Below are positions 58,445-64,000 of a stretch of 64,000 bases of DNA, piece by piece. Numbering within the stretch: position 1 is the stretch's first letter; every line of letters begins with the position of its first letter. A program made the translations under genes and the position numbers. The notes beneath the pieces are model-generated. The model made no database searches. It had not been told where the DNA came from and saw only the letters and a list, made by a program, of their open reading frames with translations. The DNA comes from Thermoanaerobaculia bacterium (GTDB lineage: Bacteria; Acidobacteriota; Thermoanaerobaculia; Multivoradales; JAGPDF01), in the NCBI GenBank assembly GCA_031403995.1, contig JANNGS010000036.1, positions 1,468 through 65,467 on the forward strand, in the 5' to 3' direction.

Positions 58445-59680
58445 TTGACCGACGACCGGGATCGGCGCAACGCCGGCTTCGCGGAGCTCCTCGGAGCGCT
58501 CGAAGCCCGGGCGCTCGTGCTGCTCTCCGCGGCGGGCGACGACCCCGAGCGCTCCTTCTTCGTCCATCCGGCGAAGCTCGGGGAGGCCTTGGTCGTGGTC
58601 CGGCCGGGAGCGCCGCCGCGCCTCGGCTACTTCACGCCGATGGAGCGTGACGAAGCCGCCGCCACCGGCCTCGAGCTGCTCTCGCCTGAGGATCTCGACG
58701 TCGCGCGCTGGTCCCGTGACACGCCGCAGCCGAGCGCCTTTCACGCCAACGTTCTTGCCCAGGCGCTGTTGCGGTCGGCCGTCGCTCCGGGCCGGATCGC
58801 TCTCGCCGGGCGGCTGCCGTTCGGGCTGGCCCACGAGGTCCTCGAACGGCTCCGCGGCGAGGGCTGGAGCTTCGTCTCGGCGAGCGACGGTCTCCTCGTC
58901 CTGCGCAAGCACAAGACTGGCCCTGAGCTGGCGGAGATTCGGCGGGTTGCCGGTGTCACCTGCGAGGCCCTGCGGTGGGTCGCAGGTTGCCTCGCCACCG
59001 TGACGGTCCGCGAACGGGAGCTGTGGCGCGAGGGCGAGCCGCTGCGGGTCGCCAGGCTCAAGGCTGGAATCGCCCACATCTTCGCCGGTGCCGGACTCGA
59101 GCAGCCGCGCGGGAGCATCGTGGCGCCGGGCGGCGAGGGCGGCGTGCCGCACAGCTCGGGGACTCCGGAGCGGGTCCTCCGTGCCAGCGAGACGCTGGTC
59201 GTCGACCTCTTTCCGCGCGGCGGCCTGTTCGCCGACTGCACCCGCACCTTCTGCGTCGGCGAACCGCCGGAGCGCGTCTTGGCGGCCCACGCGGCGGTGC
59301 GCGAGGCCCTGCAGCTGGCCCATGCCGCCGCCCGTCCCGGCGCGCGCGGATGGGACCTCCAGGTGGCTGTCTGCGAGGCCTTCACCGCCAGGGGCTATCC
59401 CACCCCGCTCTCCGAGCCCGGGACCCTCCAGGGCTACGTGCACGGCCTGGGGCACGGCGTCGGCTTCGAGCTCCACGAGTTTCCGAGCTTCAAGCGCCAC
59501 ACCGAGAGCGAAGGTCTCCTCGCGGTCGGCGACGTTCTGACCCTCGAGCCTGGCCTGTACGATCCCGATCCGCTCACCGGCTTCGGGATGCGACTCGAGG
59601 ATCTCGTCTACCTGGGCGAGGTGGGGCCGGAGAACCTCACTCGGCTGCCGTACACCATGGATCCGCGGACCTGGAGCTGA
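58445..59680 (+). CDS. M24-family metallopeptidase (Xaa-Pro aminopeptidase / creatinase-like)
   Basis: C-terminal pita-bread fold with metal ligands (HGLGHGVGFELHE; EPGLY). TTG start. Confidence 0.7.
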   Translation: MTDDRDRRNAGFAELLGALEARALVLLSAAGDDPERSFFVHPAKLGEALVVVRPGAPPRLGYFTPMERDEAAATGLELLSPEDLDVARWSRDTPQPSAFHANVLAQALLRSAVAPGRIALAGRLPFGLAHEVLERLRGEGWSFVSASDGLLVLRKHKTGPELAEIRRVAGVTCEALRWVAGCLATVTVRERELWREGEPLRVARLKAGIAHIFAGAGLEQPRGSIVAPGGEGGVPHSSGTPERVLRASETLVVDLFPRGGLFADCTRTFCVGEPPERVLAAHAAVREALQLAHAAARPGARGWDLQVAVCEAFTARGYPTPLSEPGTLQGYVHGLGHGVGFELHEFPSFKRHTESEGLLAVGDVLTLEPGLYDPDPLTGFGMRLEDLVYLGEVGPENLTRLPYTMDPRTWS

Positions 59681-59774
59681 TGCCGCCGGGTCTCCGTAAA
59701 GTAGTGCAGCGCTCGTGAAGCGGTAAGTTGAGTTCGGGGCAGTGCCTCGATCCCCGAGGCGAAAGGAGCTGTAA

Positions 59775-60740
59775 ATGAAGGTGAGATTCATCCTTGGTGC
59801 CGCTGCCCTGGGGCTCCTGCCGGCAGCCGGCCTTGCTGAAGGAATCTACGTGGTGGACGAAGTCGGAAACCTGATCCGATTCGACAGTGCGACTCCGGGC
59901 GTCATCGAGAGCATGGTCCCGTTGACCGGACTCGGCCTCGATGATCCGTTCAGGACTGTCGGCGCGCTCGACTTTCGGCCGGCGACGGGGCGGCTCTACG
60001 CGTTGGTTGACCAGGATTACTTCACGGTCCCTCCGCCGGGAGCACTGCATGGCGACCTCTATCTGGTCGATCCCGGGACGGGAGCAGGCTCCCTGATCGG
60101 GATCGCTTACGAAGTGATCGGGATGCCCTGGGGCGGCTTCGATTTCAGCCCGGTCGACGACGACATTCGCATTTTCGGCGGCGATGCCTTGAATCTCCGG
60201 ATGAATCCGAGCACCGCGGAGATCAGCGTTGAAACGCCGCTCGCCCCGGAGTACTACTTGGTAGGGCTCGCTTTCGATCACAACCAAGCCGGGGCGACGG
60301 CAAGCACGCTCTTCGGCCTCGACGTCCCTTCCCAGGATCTCGTTCGCATCGGCGGTGTCGACGGTGTTCCGCCGCCATCCGGCGGAGAGGTGACCGTCAT
60401 CGGCCCGCTCGGCATCCCCTTCTCGGGTATCGCCAGTTTCGACATCTCCCCAAGTGGCACCGCCTACGCCGCCTTAAGCCCTCCGTTTCTCACGGAGGGA
60501 ATACCCGAGCCGAGTCAGCTCTACACGGTGAATCTCGAGACGGGCGCGGCGACATTGGTGGGAGCGATCGGACCGCCACCCGGTCTACTTGTCTTCGCCA
60601 TGGCGGTCGCACCGGAAGGCGGTGGACAAGGGGTGATCGAGATCCCGGCGCTCGGGCCTTGGGGCCTTTTCTTCCTTACCGCCGGTCTCGGTGTGGCGGG
60701 GATGTTGCGCTTGCGCCGCCGCCGTCCGGCCAGGCGTTAG
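59775..60740 (+). CDS. Secreted DUF4394-like protein with C-terminal IPTL-CTERM-type sorting signal
   Basis: Signal peptide. C-terminal IPALGPWGLFFLTAGLGVAGMLRLRRRRPARR = IPxL motif + TM helix + Arg cluster (exosortase-type tail). AAAGGAG SD upstream. Confidence 0.6.
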   Translation: MKVRFILGAAALGLLPAAGLAEGIYVVDEVGNLIRFDSATPGVIESMVPLTGLGLDDPFRTVGALDFRPATGRLYALVDQDYFTVPPPGALHGDLYLVDPGTGAGSLIGIAYEVIGMPWGGFDFSPVDDDIRIFGGDALNLRMNPSTAEISVETPLAPEYYLVGLAFDHNQAGATASTLFGLDVPSQDLVRIGGVDGVPPPSGGEVTVIGPLGIPFSGIASFDISPSGTAYAALSPPFLTEGIPEPSQLYTVNLETGAATLVGAIGPPPGLLVFAMAVAPEGGGQGVIEIPALGPWGLFFLTAGLGVAGMLRLRRRRPARR

Positions 60741-60831
60741 TCCAGTCGAATTTCCTCAGGAGCACCCGTCCTTACCAGCATGATTGCAGGTCAAGCCGTC
60801 GAGTAGGATTCGTCCGTCTGGAGGAATCTGA

Positions 60832-63225
60832 ATGCAGGACTTCGAAAAGCTCGGGCTGCTTTATCTCGGGCGGCCGGTGGATGCGAAGAGCGGGCAGACG
60901 GTCGACGAGCCGCTGCTCTACGATTCGCGCGATCTCGTGACCCATGCGGTCTGTCTGGGGATGACCGGGAGCGGCAAGACCGGGCTCTGCATCGCGCTCA
61001 TCGAAGAGGCGGCGATCGACGGCGTGCCGGCGCTGGTGATCGATCCCAAAGGCGATCTCACCAATCTGCTGCTCACCTTTCCCGACCTGCGGCCGGCGGA
61101 CTTCGAGCCCTGGGTGCAGGAAGAGGACGCGCGGAGGAAAGGCCTCGACGTTCCCGCCTACGCCGCGGCGGAGGCGGAGAAGTGGAAGAAGGGGCTCGCG
61201 AGCTGGGGCCAGGACGGCGAGCGCATCCGGCGACTCAAGGCGGCGGCGAATTTCCGCATCTTCACTCCCGGCAGCAACGCCGGCGAGCCGATCTCGATCC
61301 TCGCGACTTTTGCCGCACCGCCGCCCGGACTGGTCGACGACGCCGAGCTCTTCGGCGACCGGGTGCAGTCGACCGCCACCAGCCTCCTCGGCCTGGTCGG
61401 CATCGACGGCGACCCGCTGCGCAGCCGCGAGCACATCCTGGTCTCGTCGCTGCTCGACCGCGCCTGGCGCGCCGGTGCGGGCTACGATCTTCCGCAGCTG
61501 ATCGCCGACGTGCAGAAGCCGCCGCTCGACAAGATCGGCGTGCTGCCACTCGAGAGCTTCTTCCCGGCGAAGGAGCGCTTCGAGCTGGCCATGACGATCA
61601 ACGCGCTCCTCGCCGCGCCCGGCTTCGAAGTTTGGCTCAAAGGCACCGCGCTCGACGTTCAGCAACTGTTGTATACCGCCGACGGCCGGCCGCAGGTCGC
61701 GGTGCTGTCGATCGCCCACCTCTCGGATGCCGAGCGCATGTTCTTCGTCTCGCTGCTGCTCAACCAGACGCTCGCCTGGATGCGCACCCGGCAGGGAACG
61801 AGCAGCCTGCGCGCCCTGCTCTACATGGACGAGATCTTCGGCTACCTGCCGCCGACGGCGAATCCGCCGTCGAAGAAGCCGATGCTGACGCTCCTCAAAC
61901 AGGCGCGCGCCTTCGGACTCGGAGTCGTTCTGGCGACCCAGAATCCGGTCGATCTCGACTACAAGGCGCTGTCGAACATCGGCACCTGGCTGCTCGGGCG
62001 CCTGCAGACCGAGCGCGACTTGGCGCGCGTCCTCGACGGGCTCGAGGGGGTCGCCGGGGGCATAGACCGTCAGGACCTCTCCCGGCTGCTCACAGGCCTC
62101 GCCTCGCGCCGCTTTCTGCTGCACAACGTCCACGAAGAGAAGCCGGTGCTCTTCGAGAGCCGCTGGGCGATGTCGTACCTCGCCGGACCGCTCACCCGCG
62201 ATCAGATCCGCCGGCTCAAGGGGACGGGCGCCCAGGGCGCAGGCTCCGCAGCCGGTGCCGCACCTTCCGGTCTCTCGGCGGTCGCGCCGCCAGCTGGCTC
62301 GTCTCCTGCCGCCGCTGGGGCACTGCCGATTCTGCCGGCGGAGATTCCGGTGCTCTTCCGGCGGCCGGCCGGCAAGGTCTCGGGCTACGCTCCGGCGATC
62401 CTCGGCCAGGGAAGAGTCCACTTCCAGAGTGCCGACGCCGGTTGGAGCTTCACGCGCGAGGTGGCGCGAGCCCTGCCGATCGTGACCGGCGAAGCTCTCC
62501 TGGTCGACTGGGCCGGGTCCGCAGAGCTCGCGGCGGAGGAGCTTTCCGAAACGCCGGCTGCCGGCGCCAGCGGGTTCGCCGGCCTGCCGTCCGAGGCGAC
62601 GCGAGCGAAGAGTTTCGACAACTGGGCGAAGTCGTTCAAGGACTTCCTGGCGCGCGCCGAAGAGCTGACGATCTACTCGAGCAAGGAGCTCGGTGAGCAC
62701 TCGAAGCCGGGGGAGAGCGAGGGAGCGTTCCGCGCCCGGCTCGCCGATCTCGCCCGCGAGCGCCGCGATGGCGAGGTCGACAAGGTCAAGGCGCGCTTCG
62801 CCGCCAGGTTCACCGCCCTCGACGAGCGCATGCGGCGGGCGCAGGCCAAGGTCGCCGACCAGAAGTCGCAGGCGACGGCGCAGAAGATGTCCACTGCCGC
62901 CTCGGTCTTCGGGGCGGTCGCCGGGGCGCTCTTCGGCCGGCGGAAGCTGTCGTCGGCGACGCTCTCTCGCGCCGCCACCTCGGTGCGTTCGGCTTCGCGC
63001 TCGATGAAGGAATCGCGCGACGTCGGCCTCGCCGAGGAGGGCGTCGAGACCGTGCAGGCGCGCATCGCCGAGCTCGACGCCGAGCTCGCGGCGGTGGTAG
63101 CGGAGGTCGAGCAGCGCACCGATCCGCAGGCCCTGCCGCTGACTTCCAAGGCGCTCAAGCCGAGGAAGGCCGACGTCGAAGTGTTGCGGGTCGGCCTGGT
63201 CTGGTTGCCGCAGCCCGGCAGCTGA
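60832..63225 (+). CDS. DUF853/YjgR-like HerA-FtsK-type ATPase with long C-terminal coiled-coil/disordered extension
   Basis: Walker A CLGMTGSGKTGL. ATQNPVDLD (Walker B/helicase-like). E. coli YjgR-like N-terminal 500 aa. C-terminal ~300 aa is Ala/Arg/Glu-rich, predicted coiled coil. Confidence 0.7.
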   Translation: MQDFEKLGLLYLGRPVDAKSGQTVDEPLLYDSRDLVTHAVCLGMTGSGKTGLCIALIEEAAIDGVPALVIDPKGDLTNLLLTFPDLRPADFEPWVQEEDARRKGLDVPAYAAAEAEKWKKGLASWGQDGERIRRLKAAANFRIFTPGSNAGEPISILATFAAPPPGLVDDAELFGDRVQSTATSLLGLVGIDGDPLRSREHILVSSLLDRAWRAGAGYDLPQLIADVQKPPLDKIGVLPLESFFPAKERFELAMTINALLAAPGFEVWLKGTALDVQQLLYTADGRPQVAVLSIAHLSDAERMFFVSLLLNQTLAWMRTRQGTSSLRALLYMDEIFGYLPPTANPPSKKPMLTLLKQARAFGLGVVLATQNPVDLDYKALSNIGTWLLGRLQTERDLARVLDGLEGVAGGIDRQDLSRLLTGLASRRFLLHNVHEEKPVLFESRWAMSYLAGPLTRDQIRRLKGTGAQGAGSAAGAAPSGLSAVAPPAGSSPAAAGALPILPAEIPVLFRRPAGKVSGYAPAILGQGRVHFQSADAGWSFTREVARALPIVTGEALLVDWAGSAELAAEELSETPAAGASGFAGLPSEATRAKSFDNWAKSFKDFLARAEELTIYSSKELGEHSKPGESEGAFRARLADLARERRDGEVDKVKARFAARFTALDERMRRAQAKVADQKSQATAQKMSTAASVFGAVAGALFGRRKLSSATLSRAATSVRSASRSMKESRDVGLAEEGVETVQARIAELDAELAAVVAEVEQRTDPQALPLTSKALKPRKADVEVLRVGLVWLPQPGS

Positions 63226-63280
63226 CCGCCTGCGCGCACACGTTGCCGCCGGGGTCGGGAACCTAATCCGCCGTCGCGCG

Positions 63281-63904
63281 TTGGAACAGGTGATGAGCGT
63301 TCTCGAATCTGCGGCGATCGACGCCGATTCCGCGGCGATGGCGAGCAGCCGCGAAGGGGACTGGGAGGCCTTCGCCCAGCTCGTCGAACGCCACCGCGAC
63401 CGGCTGGTGCGCTACCTGGCGCGACTCGTCGGCGATCCTTCCCGCGGCGAGGAGCTCGCGCAGGAGGCTTTCGTGCGGCTCTGGCTGGCCTCCCCGCGGT
63501 ATCGCGAGGAGGGGCGCTTCGAGGCCTACCTTTACACCATCGGCACCCGCCTGGCGAGAAGCGACGAGCGCCGCCGCCGGGTGCGGCTCCGCGCGCTCTT
63601 CTCAGGCCGCCTCGGACGGTTCGGCTGGCTCGGGAACGCTCTCGGAGCGGAACCCTACGAGGAGGCCGAGGCCGGAGACCGCCTGCTGCGAGAGGAGGCT
63701 CAGGCGCAGCTCGCGCGAGCCGTTGCGGAGCTGCCGCTCGCCTTGCGCGCACCGCTCGTTCTCGCGGCGCTCGAGGAGCGTCCGCTGGAGGAGATCGCGC
63801 AGCTGCTCGACCTGCGCCCGGGGACGGTGAAGACCCGCCTCTTCCGCGCCCGCGAGCGCCTGCGTGCCCGCCTTCAGCCGTACTGGAAAGGAGTCCCATC
63901 GTGA
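63281..63904 (+). CDS. ECF-subfamily RNA polymerase sigma-70 factor
   Basis: Sigma-70 region 2 (ELAQEAFVRLW) and region 4 HTH (LEEIAQLLDLRPGTVKTRLFRARERLR). Confidence 0.75.
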   Translation: MEQVMSVLESAAIDADSAAMASSREGDWEAFAQLVERHRDRLVRYLARLVGDPSRGEELAQEAFVRLWLASPRYREEGRFEAYLYTIGTRLARSDERRRRVRLRALFSGRLGRFGWLGNALGAEPYEEAEAGDRLLREEAQAQLARAVAELPLALRAPLVLAALEERPLEEIAQLLDLRPGTVKTRLFRARERLRARLQPYWKGVPS

Positions 63905-64000
63905 GCTCACCGCAGGCTGACCACCGGTTGCCGGACGACCTGGCGCAGGCTCTTCGCGCGCTGCCGGAGGCGACTGCCGGGCCCGGTTTCGCCGCCGCCG
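63901..64000 (+). CDS. Probable anti-sigma factor, 5' fragment (continues past window end)
   Basis: GTG start in a GTGA overlap with the ECF sigma stop. This is the typical sigma/anti-sigma arrangement. Only 33 codons are visible. Confidence 0.3.
   Translation, partial: MSSPQADHRLPDDLAQALRALPEATAGPGFAAA

Overview
High-GC (~70% by eye) bacterial chromosomal segment, minus-strand partners included. An Acidobacteria-type origin is likely: there are two tandem secreted proteins of the 'VWFA-related acidobacterial domain' kind, an IPTL-CTERM-like sorting tail, and many genes lacking a Shine-Dalgarno sequence or using non-ATG starts. Most of the window is densely packed, translationally coupled housekeeping genes: glcD-like oxidase, mgtE (two copies), lgt, thiD, nnr, tsaE, hbd-like, phoH-ybeY-corC-era, recO, glyQ-glyS, ppdK, mutL, rnc, asnS, rimO, ribF, trxA. 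Embedded in this backbone are several accessory or unusual elements. (1) A ~2.2 kb islet at 38521-40731 with visibly lower GC, wedged between asnS and a lipid-A-biosynthesis N-terminal domain (LAB_N) gene. It carries an ATGA-coupled two-gene cassette, a 172-aa helical protein and a ~560-aa P-loop NTPase with an arginine-containing Walker A (GRRGVGKT) and a DD-box Walker B. This is the best candidate for an uncharacterised defence or abortive-infection module. (2) A response-regulator receiver domain fused to the lipid A deacetylase LpxC. (3) Two type II toxin-antitoxin modules: YefM-YoeB with TGTACA operator palindromes, and a Phd-like antitoxin paired with a zeta-toxin-like P-loop kinase, with an inverted-repeat operator inside a sigma70-like promoter. 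(4) Two tandem secreted paralogs, each with seven 'hhhhW' blade-like repeats and a ~115-aa Cys-containing C-terminal domain that is almost identical at the nucleotide level. (5) A ~2360-aa secreted protein with an FG-GAP region and three CSLREA-motif / parallel beta-helix / beta-sandwich modules, next to a secreted M1 aminopeptidase. (6) An amino-acid-type ABC substrate-binding domain (SBP_bac_3) fused to LysM, and an orphan FGE-sulfatase-domain protein. No rRNA, tRNA, CRISPR array, transposase or integrase gene was found. The many long ORFs antisense to these genes are judged to be high-GC artefacts.
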